A stretch of DNA of 64,000 nt from Octopus bimaculoides (GCF_001194135.2 NC_068995.1:19511260-19575259), one strand, 5' to 3'; numbered from the stretch's first letter, positions 39,811 to 53,876 are shown. A program made the numbers and translations. Notes: generated by a model not told the origin, from the sequence alone.

Positions 39811-40522
39811 TTATCTGTCATTAATCTATAGCTTCAACTGAATACATGGACGGTTCACGGATGCTGGAGATTTACTGATGCAAACTTGCTCATACAGACC
39901 TCAAATGTTCGCAATGGAAGCATTTCATCTGCTTTCTGACGTCCAGGTTAATTGCAAACTTAAACTTACTGAGAATACAAACCAGATTGCTAGACGTCTC
40001 ATTTCCCTGCCGTTAATACTCAGTCTTCATAGTCAAGTAAACATGCAGCTATGGTGTAGTATTGTAACCGCTTAGAGCTTTATTGATTTGCTTGATGATG
40101 GACACAGCTCAGGACAATGTTATCACTGTACAAATAAGGAGGAGTTATTTGCTATCGTAGGTACTGACACATTAAGAAATCCTTCAAGCTAGAGAACAGC
40201 TTGAATGCTTGCAATAAGAAGCATAAAAGCAATGCAGTGATGTTAAGCTGGGTGATATTTTAAATATAGTCCGAAAACAAAGTGTGTCAACAAAAGATTC
40301 AGTTCAACTCTAAAGGTTTGAATCGCGGCACCTTACTATTGTTGCCACTGATGACATGCAGCACCAAGAGTGTAAGGCCTCAGCCACTCGTACGTGTGGC
40401 CTGTAACAGTCAGTGATAAGTATGCAGCTGCACACGTATATGCGACCGGTGCAAGACTTTTCAAGAAAAACAATTTGTTTCTCATATATTGTACCTGTTT
40501 CGTGAGGTCCTGTACCCCCATA

Positions 40523-40563
<41 letters not shown>

Positions 40564-40564
<1 letters not shown>

Positions 40565-41188
40565 GATTGAACGTCACGCATCCTCTTCCATGTCAGTATT
40601 ATCTCAATAATTCTGATGCGCACTCTATACGATCTTTTTACTCTTTCGTTTTTTCTCTCTTATACTTTTACCTCCTCTTCTCCCAATATTCTATCCTATT
40701 ACTCTCTCACTCTCTCTCCCTCACTCCTCCTCCCTTGCTTACGTGGTTCCCACGTGACCAGCAGCCATCTTTCTTTCTTCTCCTAACTTGCGTTTCTTTC
40801 TCTCCGTTGTAGCTGGAACTAGGAAGACGTGTTCTTGTTTGTCTCAACCTTGATTTCGGCGTTCGCCACCGGAACCTTGTTTAGTCTTAGCCGCCCTTCC
40901 TATTTGTTTTCACTGTCCTGTTTGAGTTACCAATTTTTATCCTCAGCAAAATCCCAAATTTTATTTAATTTGCTTTGTGAGAACAACTGTTTTATCGAAA
41001 GCGTATATTGTTGTGAAATTCTCGAAATACGAGACTAGAAAAACAGCCAACAACTGATGAAGAGTCGTTCTTTATGCTGTTTGTTTTGTTTTCCATTTGT
41101 GTCTTTCGTTATTCGAAAGAATAGTTCATGTTCCATGTACTCGTGCTTTGTACTTTTTGTTGTACACGTTTCGTGACGTCCTGTACCC
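40564..41188. mobile_element. Unclassified interspersed repeat, family D, copy 2
   Basis: Collinear with 7971-8420 from 40751 onward. Bounded by (TA)n at 40528-40563 and after 41188. A third GTCCTGTACCC terminus lies at 40507-40517. Confidence 0.7.
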
Positions 41189-41784
41189 ACATATGCATAT
41201 ATATATATATATATATACATACTTACATCTACACGTATATATATATATATATATATATCAGTCTCTCGTTTCTATACCACTAACTTGTCCAATTTAAAAC
41301 CACAGACTTGCAAACGATACTGCTTGCAACCAGAGTTGTTGCATATGATATTTAAAGTACTTAAAGAACCAGTACAGTATCAAATCTCGACCGACCTTCT
41401 GAGATGTCCACTAATGGGCTGTCGATTTAAAAAAAAAGGTTTCCCTGTGTATGCTCTTTCTATCAAACTCCCAAATATGTAACATAAAATAGACGTTGGC
41501 TTGATTTGAAATCAGCGGAGAGCAGCAACAAAAAGCTCAATGCATTTTATTTAAAGCTGTAACAATTGCGCATTTCTTTTCTACTGCATATACAGTCAGA
41601 CATTAAATTAAACGATCACTTGGTGTTTCATATGTTATATTGTCAGGAGAAGCTGGAAAGCTTTAAATAATCCCGTGTAGAATACTAGGGTTTAAGCCAA
41701 TATTCTACATGCAGTTGTTTATAGCTTTGTCTATACGCAATAATTCACTTCATTTCTTTCGGAGTTTCTAAGTTCTAAAATGTT

Positions 41785-41831
<47 letters not shown>

Positions 41832-42078
41832 CTGTGTCTGTATGTGTGTGTGTGTGTGCATGCGCGTGTATATATGTATATGTGATTGTTCCTGTATGTT
41901 CGTTTGCTTGTGTCTGCATTGTATGTGACCACACACTACGTATATCTTAACCGACAAATTGAGAAATTAATTCTAAGTGGATAAGATTCCAATATTTAAA
42001 ATAAAATTTTCCGTTTATGTATTTTTTTTTTGTAAATGTTTCTTTTTTATGTGAAAACGTGGGTTAAAACAGATATCA

Positions 42079-42312
42079 TTATATTTGGGGACGGCCATTT
42101 TTGGCCAATTAAACAGACACCCTATTTATTTCATCTTCACTTTAGATCTATTAACATTATTTGAATCTGCATGGGATCGGGGGTTGTTGAAGAGGTCACA
42201 GACAAAAGAACTTTGACAGACGAAAAAGCTAAACATTACTGTAATAAAACTAAAGTGAACATCAAATAAATGGTGTGATTAATTGGCAAAGGATGACCAT
42301 CCCCAAGTATAA
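42079..42312. mobile_element. MITE-like foldback element
   Basis: ~50-bp imperfect TIRs: TTATATTTGGGACGGCCATTTTTGGCCAATTAA..ACACCCTATTTATTT versus revcomp TTATACTTGGGGATGGTCATCCTTTGCCAATTAA..ACACCATTTATTT. Confidence 0.65.
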
Positions 42313-45300
42313 CAAAAAAAATTATCTTGTTCAGTTATTGTTCGTTGCTATTTCGTTGCCTAGAAGCACATACACGTTTTCCTGTCAGTGGGTGCCGATC
42401 ACTCAAAAATGACAACATTTATCAATTGGGCCATATATTTTTTTATTTAAATAGATAATTGTGATTATAGATTTGTATACTATAGTGGCTCGAAAGGAAA
42501 AGCTAAGTTCCCAGTAACCAATCTTTCCACAATTTATTTTTCGCTAATATTTCTAGTTTTCATTTATCTCATATATACCGAATAATACACTTCATAAATA
42601 CATGAACACCAGACATTTTATTTTGCTGATTTAAATAAATAACATGCTATGGCAAAACATTGAAATCAATTATAGCGTTATGCATTGGACACGGCGATCT
42701 TCTAGATCATGGTACAAATTTACATTTCCCGTATGATGACATAAATATGTATGTATTACGTAGATGTGCGTGTGTGTGTAATCTTAAAAGTACATATGTA
42801 TGTATGAATATCCAATAAAAAGCTGTATATTTTTAAAGCATAGTGTATATATTTTTATACTTTATTATCAATTCTACACTAAAAATAGTTGATTTTATAG
42901 TATCAGAGATTAGATAAATGCAGACGTATTCGAGCTAGCGCAAAATTCGATATTGAAATCAAATACCACACAAATACGTGTGTGCATAAACGCTCACATA
43001 CGTACATGTACATACATACACCGACATACATACGAACACGCTCATACATATAAATATGCATATACAAGACGTTATTTTGTGATATCTCTCTACACATTCT
43101 TAAAAAGAATTATCAGCGATGTATTCGGTAATGCATTCAATAAGTACTCTGTGTCATATGTTTATCACTCGTCAATTTCCTCCAGTTTCTTGTTATTGAC
43201 TCAGATCGACAAGAATTAACGGGTAATCGTAGCCATTTATTTTATCATTTAGTCAGAAAATGAAATACAGTGTGGATACTTTTTTATACTGAAAATGCAC
43301 ATGCAATTATCTCGGGGAGTTATCCTCAAAAGGAAGCCTAATTCAAATATTTGGGCCAAAGTGAATTCCATCAGATACCGAGCGGTAAGATAGGAGAGTT
43401 ATAGCATACAACAGCTCATGTTTATCAACCACCTTTGGCAGAAAATTAAAAGGCTCCAGATATTAGCTTTTTTTTAATACTGCCTTACGACAGCCAACAT
43501 CGCCTTACTCTAAGGCCCTAAATTATTTTTGTATATGTTTAGGTTATTCAGAGACATTCGAGAAATGCTCAGAACCATTGTATGTCCCTGAAAAGGATAA
43601 CGGATAACATAGGCATCCGCAGCCTAGTATCCCAAAGAAAAACTTTGACTCGAATGGATCTAAGAGTCTATTGAAACGTCTTACATCAAAATGACTTATA
43701 CTAAAAGTAATGACGCTCCAGGCTGCGGTTCTTAAGACATGGGTCACGTCGATTCAGCAAGACATCAATGCGTGATCATCCAATCTTTATATTTAAAAGT
43801 AAACCAATTTATTTAAGGACTACATTATCAAATGTGGCCTTTCGATTTATAATATAATAGTGAGATATGTACCGTGTTCAGTGACAGTATAAGTGCTTTT
43901 TCTTAGGCTCAAAGAACGTTATATTTTAGTTTGATATGGCGTTGTTAAATCAGTTGTCATGTTTAAATTTACCAGCCAAAGGAGACTGTTGTTGGGTGTG
44001 TTATTGTAAAACTAATCAACCACACCTTCAATGGAAAGGCTTTGTCTGTAGCTACATAATCCGTCTATGAATTTCATTGAATGAACTAAGGTGTTTTTTT
44101 AGATTCAATTCAGTTGACTGTCAGTTGATTAAGGAAAGGTTTATCTCTAGTGCTATGGTTTGAACAAGGCAAGCAGTTTATAAACACGATGATGACGACG
44201 ACGACGACGACGATGATGATGATGATGATTCCTTCATTTTTACCCACTGGTATTAATTATACCCAATTTCGTTTAGCATACAAAACATGAAGCTCTAAAA
44301 TAAATCACCTTGCAAAATCGTATAGAAAACGATGAACGTATGGAGAGCAAGTGGTGGAAATGTTAAACAAATTGATAAATCTGAGACACACGAATAATAT
44401 GAAATAATATTTGAAGATTAACTGCGCCATATATTGTGGCATCGACCTTGAGTAAGAGTTTTGCAGATCAAGTAATCCCTTTTTCATGCCTCGTCTTACG
44501 CATTGGACACTCTACCAATTGCTCCATGCTATTCTGTTGAAACTATGTCGCCCGACATATTGGTCAATCATCTTTTAATTACTATTTTGAAGGCACACAG
44601 AAAGTCTCCACGTTCAAAGAGGCTTATCAATTTTTTTCTCTTAGCATTTATTTCCACAAATTTGCTAAGGTTTTTCTACCTAACATCTCCGTCAGTTTTA
44701 TTTTCAGAGAACTGCTCCACGCCCAGAGCATATATTGGACCTCCAAAACATATTATATTGCCTGTGTTATTGACTCTTTTTTTTTTATGTCGCAATGTCT
44801 GCGCTTACATCACAAATGTGTTTATTATTTACTTTTTGTCGATTTTCGTAATCGTCAATATCTACGTTTGTGTATGCTATTTCATTTGCTTGAGTACGTG
44901 GAGTTTTTCCTTTCGTTTGCCTTACTGATACAACCTGTACTATTATTTTCACACTTAGCAACAATCTTTCATTCAAGAATCTTAGAGAATATGAACGATG
45001 ATAATAATCTTCACTGCTACAACAAATGAATCAGTTTTGTGAAATCTCAAATATACATTTCCACCGAGAAACCTTCTTTCTATCTCCTCAAGAAAAGACG
45101 TGCGGACACAAAACTTTTCTTTTGGCAAAGTGAAATTCCTAAAATTTTGTCATGGAAAATTCAAGTAATCAAACGAGCCAGTTCAAAAGCATCCGTTCAA
45201 ATAATGATGATGATGATGATGATGATGATGATAAAAATATTAATTTTGATAATAATGAAAATAAAAGAAACATCTGGACACTTTAGAAATACCCTACAAA

Positions 45301-45494
45301 CTTGGTGTGTTACGAAATCAGCTTTATCTGGAACTGCATGCGTATTGAGTAAAATGCTACCTGAGGTCCTTCTTGTGAATAGATCGACAATGCAAATCGC
45401 TAGTAAACGCAATATCTTTTATCTACAACATCACAATTTTGGATGCTGTGTGACGTCTTCAATAATAATGATAATGGTAATCATGATGATAATA

Positions 45495-45666
45495 GTAATA
45501 TTGATTTCAAATTTAAGCACAAGGCCAGTGATTTGAGAAAGGGATAACACGATTACATCGACCCCGGTGTTCAACTGGTAATTATTTTATCGATCCTCGG
45601 CGGGGTTTGATCTAAGAACGTAAAAGACGGACGAAACAACGCTAAGCAGTAATGACTTTGCAAGCT

Positions 45667-45670
<4 letters not shown>
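45495..45670 (-). mobile_element. SINE family A, internally deleted, embedded in AAT-type repeats
   Basis: TTTCAAATTTAAGCACAAGGCCAG..GATTACATCGACCCC..TTTTATCGATCC..AAGACGGACGAAA. Confidence 0.8.
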
Positions 45671-45718
<48 letters not shown>

Positions 45719-47585
45719 TCTTTACTTATCATTCATCAAATAGAATATATATTATCGTAAAACACGCAGTTAAATATACACATATACACACATTCAATCA
45801 TATGGCACACACGCACACACATATCCGTATCTATTTCTGTGTCTCGTTTATGTATATGAGTATATATATATGGTAATAATTGGTATTCTACCTCCTTGAA
45901 CGCATACTTTTTCACATGATATAGCTGAATATTATTTATGTATTCGGTTGTTATCTATAATGTGCATGTAGTTATATCTCACTCGTCTTGCGGGAATTAC
46001 TGGCAACACCCCACAACCCAGTTTATTATTTTTTTTCTCAGTCAGTAATACTGTGTATTTAGAAATATTGCAACAACACTTTACTATACATATCCATCGC
46101 ATGCATCAAGAGAGATAAGCAAGAAACATGACTGGAAGATGTCCAACAAGCTTGAGGAAGATTAAATGTCATAGAACGAGGAAAGAAAACTCAATTTAAA
46201 TTCTCATGATAAAATGCCAGAGCTCTTTTACACAAAGAGAATGAGAAAACAGTCTTTTGTTTCTAGCAAGCAGGTTTGGTAAATTATTAACATTTTCTGA
46301 AACGCAATTTTCAAACATTGATTAGGTTTTCGAAAATGAATGCCGTCGTTGCTTCCGGCGGAAATGGAAACATGGGAGAAAAGATTACGATGAAATGGTG
46401 CAAAACGAAGATGAATTATAGAAATGCATTCTCTGCTCGATCTAATAAACGCCTTTCTAAGAGTAAGTAGCCCAATGAATCATTTTATTCTAGTAAAATA
46501 CTCTGCCAGAAATGACAAGCCTCTAGGTTTTTATTTATTTATTTTTTTCTCTTCTTGTACTTTTTACTTTTCACTTCTCGATGTGAGAACAGCGATATCT
46601 ATCTCTGTGTTAAATGTGTGCGAAAGTCAAGAAATTCCGTAAATATCATGTGACTTTCTACAATAGGAAGGCGGCAGCTAAAGAACGTACTTTGCGAAAT
46701 AATGTTTATTAAAATGAGTTGGAATTCAGTGATAACAACGTTTCGTAAAATAAACCTAAAAGCTATTCAGATATGTACTCACTATTTATTATTTGTTATT
46801 TATTCAATTTAGTTATTATTTATTATATTGTATGTGTGCGAACAGAAGGATTACAACACCAAATTGTCGTAAATTGCAAGAAAGTATATTTTAGTTTTAA
46901 GTATTGGAATTTTTTGTTAGTTTGTATTAGCGGTAATGGATGCATATATACATATATATACATGTGTGTGTGTGTGTGTGCGTACGTGTGTGTTTGTATA
47001 TCTGCGCATGTGTTATATGTGCATGTATATATGTATGTGTGTCTACATATACATAATATACTTACCGTGTATGTATGTCTGTCTGTCTGTATATATATAT
47101 ATATATATATGTATACATAGCATTGCTAGTATTATCTCGTTGATTTATTACATACTTAATATAAACATTGATATATTTTCGACATATGCATGCATGTCAT
47201 ATTTTCATACACTAATGTATTGTTGTTATTATTATTATTGTTGTTGTGGTTGTTATTATTTTTATTATTATACCCATTTCCTAAGGTTGTGTTATGTAAT
47301 TTAACTAAATATAATAGTGTAATGATTCAACGTTTATCTATGATCATGTTTTCATATCTGCGAGTGCTTGTATGTGTGTATGTCTGTGTTTGTTTCTCTG
47401 TGTATGTATATGCATATATGTCGGCGTGTGCATTTTGCTTGTAAATATACTTATTTATTATTTCTCGTATAAACATAGTTTTGACTTATATGCTATCACT
47501 ATGTAGTTGCTAAGATATTATCCAAAATATGAAGACCCATGGATTTACAAAATATATAGACAATTATGCGTACATATATAAATAT

Positions 47586-47638
<53 letters not shown>

Positions 47639-48297
47639 CACACATGCAGGTATGTGTACATATGAACTGATGCATGCATCCACATACTATCACTCAATCG
47701 CTAAAAAAACGGTCGCTCAAATATTTGGGAAAATCATGAAATAATACTCGTTATCTTCCCACCAACATAATACAATTTATTTTCTGCTGAACGGATTAAT
47801 ATGTGTAGCCATATTTTCTCAGAAAATGTTTGTACAACCAAAAATCATTCACACAAATGCGAGTGTGTGTCTGTGTGCGTGTGCGCGCAAGTTTGTGTGT
47901 ATATTCCATTGAATGATGCAACATGGCCGAATAGCTAAATAGCACGCTTTGTATTTATACAATTTCGATCTGACTGATTCTCATCTTGGCCAATTGTCTT
48001 TTGCCAGAGCATTTATCCTGTACATAATACTTGCTATGCTTGTTATACTCTCTGTTACACCGATTCTATCTCAAAATTCCCGTAAGTTTATACGTGTTTG
48101 TAGAATATACAGTGAATGAAAGCTCATTCCATGATCGGGTAGTTCAGTTGATGGAATAATTCAATGCATGCATTGGAAACAGAATGAGATCTATCTAGTA
48201 AACTTCTACATTTAAATATCTACATACCAAATAACAACACAGTATACCACTTCCTATTTCTCTCTGTCTATCTCTTTCTCTCTCTCTCTCCCTCACA

Positions 48298-48329
<32 letters not shown>

Positions 48330-48339
48330 NNNNNNNNNN

Positions 48340-48376
<37 letters not shown>

Positions 48377-49055
48377 TCTCTCTCTCTCATTCACTGTAAT
48401 GCATTGGTATTAAGCAAAACAAAGAGTATTTTGTAAGTTTCCATTTATATGAGTTACTAAAATGTATCGCTATTCATTCCCTATAGCTCATATATGTGTG
48501 TGTGCTTGGTATGTCTGTACGTGTCTTGGATTTCCAGAAAAGCCAACACCTAAGACCTTAACAGCTACGTCTTACCTCTACTCAGGTGTCCAACATTTCA
48601 CATATAATGGATACAGTTGTAAACAACGGCATTTCTTCTCACCTCGGATCTCTTTGCTTCCTGAGTGACATTGAAAAGTCAAAGTAGGTTTCCTTGACAT
48701 GTTTAAAATCTTTGATCGTAGTGAACACGAGAATCACCTGCTTAACATCCTGTCCGCTTATAACTCCAGTATGTTATAGATTTGTCCTATGCATTTGCAT
48801 TACAAAACTTATTTACTGTCATGTCCCGCTAAATATAATTTTAAATAATTCAGCTCAGAAGACCTGCTATGAATTCCATACAAGAGGTTCCCACACTGCA
48901 CAGGGAAATCCGATGATTGCCAAGCATTCAAAATTTACAAAAAGTCCTATGGGTCAACACGAAAGTTTCTTCCTCCTCACTCGATCGCTTAAAAACAGCA
49001 ACCAAATCTCACTCAATTAATTATTTACAGTCTTGGAACGTTAAGAATATATTAA

Positions 49056-49236
49056 CGCTTGAGCATTCAGACTATTCTGTCAAACGTAATACGTATTGAA
49101 TTAATCATGCACTGTCTCATAGCTTCAAGAGTTTGACAGACGTGATTGTTCAGTGTCAGAAGCTGGTTCTGGCCATTTTGAACATAAAACTGGTAGAATA
49201 TTTTAGCCAGATGAGGCCGGTTTAAATGCTAAAGGG
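49056..49236. mobile_element. piggyBac-like MITE
   Basis: TTAA on both sides (49052-49055, 49237-49240). TIRs CGCTTGAGCATTCAGA / revcomp CCCTTTAGCATTTAAA match 12/16 with CCC-type termini. Confidence 0.75.
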
Positions 49237-49878
49237 TTAAAAGTTGTTAGACATAGATTGTCGTTAAAAACGACGAGGTGATCATAGATAGAACGCTGCT
49301 CTTCATAGATTTAACCAATCATCAATGATGTGAGGATGAACAACAATAATTACATTCTTTTGCACTTCATTTTTCATTCATTACAACAGCTGCCGCTGCT
49401 TCATGTTTTTTTAGTGTGTAATTACACCCTAACTAAAATGGCGCCATGAAATCGCCTTTCTATTCGTCACCCCTACTGTACTTCATTTAAAAACTGACAA
49501 GAGACACATTGCCCAAATTCGTGTGCTACAGGCTCTTCTTTATTTATCTCTCATGAATTCCCTACTCTCATATATCTGCAAGTCTGCCTAAATATAGAAT
49601 ACACACAATGATATAGTTTCTTTGAACGTTTTCTTTTAAAATTTCACCACGACCCTTGAAAATGAGAGATAACTTTAGTGAGATATAATCTAATGACCAT
49701 AAATGGAATCAGAGTTTATCAATAGAAGTAATAATTATGTTCACTTAAACATGTATCTTTTATTAGAACAAACAACACTGCTGTAGTTACCACAAGAGGA
49801 AGTCTTATATTGGTTTTTTGGTGCAAAATATACTCTTGTTTATATCTCTAGTAGGCAAATAAACCTCCTGCTACCTCC

Positions 49879-49940
49879 AGCGCCGAGACCACCAGATAAT
49901 GTGGTTTCGACCTTGTTTGGTCTTTTCAATGATGGACACT
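49879..49940 (-). ncRNA. Type I hammerhead ribozyme fold with U3-A8 core variant
   Basis: Minus strand: AGUGUC-CAUC-A UUGAAAA GACC-aaacaa-GGUC GAAA CCAC-auuaucug-GUGG UC^ U-C-GGCGCU. Stems II and III are perfect, the triplet is GUC, and stem I is imperfect. Confidence 0.65.
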
Positions 49941-51264
49941 CCACCGCTAGACCTATCAGCGATTCATCTGACCGCTAGTGATATATAGATTCACAGTGCC
50001 AGAACAGACGCTGGCGTCGCGATTAGCCAGTGTTTACCACAGGTTTTGACTTCCAGACATAACCAGAATAATGTACATTATCCTATATTATGACGCTGAA
50101 GACCTCAATGATCCCACTATACACTTGTCTCAAGTCCAGCAACGTATATTGGCATTAATTATATTTATGAACATAAAGCAGAAGCAAACAACGAAACGCA
50201 TCAATCACTAGAAACTCTCAACAAATGAGCTGATAGTGTAATACTCTATCTGCTTAAACACCTTACCCCTACAATTTGTTTACAGTGAAAAATCTGTTTC
50301 GTTTGCAAATAACCAAAGAGTTTGTTGACATCTCTGCGACTACTATGACTGCCTAACAGATAATTATCTGATATAATCACCGTTAATTAAAAAATGACAA
50401 TGGTGAGTTTTAATGTCTGAACGGTGAAACACTCAATACCAAATTAGTTGTTTAAGAATTATTGTTGTGTATTAAATTATATTGAATTGTCACCACAAAA
50501 CCCGATATTTTTTTTAGATAAGAAGGTAAGAATCTATATGACTATCACGTGTGTGTGTGTCTGTGTGCGTACGTACACACACGCGCGCACAAGCACACAC
50601 AGACACACACACACACACGCAAGCACAAGCCAATATATACCAGCAGCATCAAAAATATTGTCACTTTCAATGAAAGGAAATGATTTCAGACTACAATAGA
50701 GACAAGGTGACGAACACTTTGCATAATGATAATGCAAGAGCTAAGCATCATGATAATCGATGTCATGCGTTGGTTACGGTAGATACTCGGTTGCAATCAT
50801 TTATTCTTCTCTTTAAAAATATAATCGCTTTTTAATGATTTCGTTCGTGAGAAGCGAGGAGCAACCTGAATATAACCATTTCCAGATGCTCCATGACTGA
50901 ATGAAGGTAGATGATTATTCTTAATCTTTAGATCTGGTACGAATGCTTGAACAGATTGAACATCGTTTTAGTACCTGTGGGCCATCGACTAGTGTTCACC
51001 TGACCGACTGATCTGAAAGGAAACAGGACAGCCTATTTGATATATATCTATAATGTTTCTCTATGGAATTTCATTCACAAGCCTGAAGTAAATATAATTC
51101 AAGAAGCTAGTAACTTTAATAGTAAGCTTTAAATGGTCATAAGTTCTAGTAATTTCACGTGTCGACATCAATGTTTATAAATTAATTATTTCAACCAACA
51201 AAACAGATGAGTCACATGGACACTTAAATTTTACTATTGTTATAATATGTTCTAAATGTGTTTG

Positions 51265-51345
51265 GGTCAATCCGAGATAAGAGTGGAAGATACTTGCCCT
51301 AGGTGCAATGCAGTGGTAGTGAATCCGGAAACATGTGGTTGCAGA
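51265..51345 (-). mobile_element. SINE family B head fragment
   Basis: GAAGATACTTGCCCTAGGTGCAATGCAGTGG..GAATCCGGAAACATGTGGTTG matches 30290-30350. Confidence 0.7.
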
Positions 51346-53771
51346 ACAGACAATATAACTATATATGCATATATTTGAATTAAGAATAAACATCTTAACC
51401 ACATAACTAAGTCTGCATAGATTTTAGCTACGTATACTGATCTTAACCATATAGATAAATCTGCGAACATTTGAGCTAAGAACAAACAACTTGACCATAT
51501 AACTGAGCATGATGAAATCATTTATTGCTGAATTGTTCGTTGCTCTCAGTTGTTCGAGTACAGTCTCGCTCAGATGCAGCAAGTAAACCTGGGAAACAAA
51601 CAGTAATTATCAGGGGAATTTTGTGTATATAATTCTTAAAACCTGAATCATAACTTCCAAAAGTATTTTGGGTTTTAAGCCACCAGAGATATCGCTTGTA
51701 CTATTATAAAGAAATTCACATCGACTCTGACTCAAATTGCTGTGATATTCTATTGCCTATCCTTCATTCATTGAGCTCTCTTGTCTACCTTTACACGGTT
51801 GATTTCCAAGCTTCAGCAAACAAGGGCATATCTATAGTCAGAAATATAATATTACAGAGGATGTCTTACGGCCATTAAAAATACATTGAAGCTGCAGTGG
51901 CGATGTAGATACCCTTTCGGAGTCACGGAGTCACAGGTCACTGTTATACGACATTTCATCTTCTATCTTTCCACATTTATCTACGCACTTCTAAACTCGA
52001 ATACAAACGCCAACACACACATACACACACATTCACATACTCACACACACACATTCACATACTCACACACACACACTGACTAACACAACAGTCAAGATTA
52101 ATTGAATAAAGCTCACATCAACATTCTACATAGACATTACCACTGTGGCCTCTGCCGCCACCGTTGTTGTCGTCGTGATCGACGTCACTGTATGTCAATG
52201 ACAACCAGTAAAGTCGTCATCATCGGAGGTTGTCATCGGAGGAGAAGAAACAGTTATATCTAAACATCATCACTATGTAGATGGATTCTTATCATTCTTC
52301 AATCAGTTTCGTTATTTGTCGGAGATTTTTCTTGTGTATTTATTATATTAGTTCTGAACATTTTCAGCTGTTTTTTTTTCCTTCCTCAACTTGACTGTTT
52401 TTATTACTTTTTAATGTATTCCAGGCACATTCAATTATACATCTTTATATATTTGTATATCTGTATGTGTATGTGTAAGTGTATGCGCGTATGTATTTAT
52501 ACATACACACACAAATATATATATATATATATATANNNNNNNNNNNNNNNNNNNNNNNNNNNNNNNNNNNNNNNNNNNNNNNNNNNNNNNNNNNNNNNNN
52601 NNNNNNNNNNNNNNNNNNNNNNNNNNNNNNNNNNNNNNNNNNNNNNNNNNNNNNNNNNNNNNNNNNNNNNNNNNNNNNNNNNNNNNNNNNNNNNNNNNNN
52701 NNNNNNNNNNNNNNNNNNNNNNNNNNNNNNNNNNNNNNNNNNNNNNNNNNNNNNNNNNNNNNNNNNNNNNNNNNNNNNNNNNNNNNNNNNNNNNNNNNNN
52801 NNNNNNNNNNNNNNNNNNNNNNNNNNNNNNNNNNNNNNNNNNNNNNNNNNNNNNNNNNNNNNNNNNNNNNNNNNNNNNNNNNNTACGTACATACCAATGT
52901 ATATATGTATTTATGCATTAACACACATACGCAAACACACACACAAACACACACACACACACACACACAGTTATTTTTTGCATTGCAAAGATACGATTCT
53001 TTTTTTTTTAATTCCTTTTCATTACCGTAGACTTACCATTTCATTAATGCATTTATCCCTGTGTCATATTTGCCCTAGATTAGAAACTTTCACCTTCACC
53101 TATCCATCTCTCTAATTCCGCTACTATACAACCAGTATATCTTCTCTTCATTTACGTTACCTTTTACTTGCTCTCATATTCTCGCCTTTATTAATAATTC
53201 AAACTTGCCTGAAAGCTAATCTATTCTCTGCGCACGCATATGCGTGAATGCGTATTTTTATGTATATGTCTGTGCGTTGGGAATGATGCGGCAATGTAGA
53301 AATCCTTTATAAAGTTTCATCTATCGAAGAGCTGTAACACTTTAAAGATACATAAGAAGCTGACACAGAGGTCAACTCTAGTCAGTTTTACCTATTATTT
53401 ATTCATTATCGGGTTAAATTCATTATTCAAATTCTATATCGTTATTTTTATTTTCTCCCTTACTACATATCTTCTTCTTTCTCATATTTTCTTTTGCTTA
53501 CTTCCTGTTCTCTTCTATACGTTTCGATTATGCTTGTATTTATAGTAAAAGGTTTCTGCATTACAATACAATATGAAGCACAAATAGTTGAAATATTTAA
53601 TTGTAAAGACAAATATTTAGTTGTCACATGACTATCATATTTTAGCAGGCGGTATTGCATGCATAGTTAGGAAATGGCTATATTTTATCGTAAGAAATTT
53701 ATTATATAATGCCGGTTCCCAGCCGTGGTATTCAACTTGCCTTCAATGCAGTAATGATATACCTATCTATC

Positions 53772-53876
<105 letters not shown>

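Noticed and set aside
41050-41085. CTGATGA in family D repeat as a hammerhead core
   Set aside because: No GAAA follows in either copy.
49435-49480. YY1 motif AAAATGGCG as a promoter element
   Set aside because: It lies next to a lone Tc1-like end (TCACCCCTACTG|TA) and is probably transposon-derived. The partner TIR was not found, so it is not annotated.
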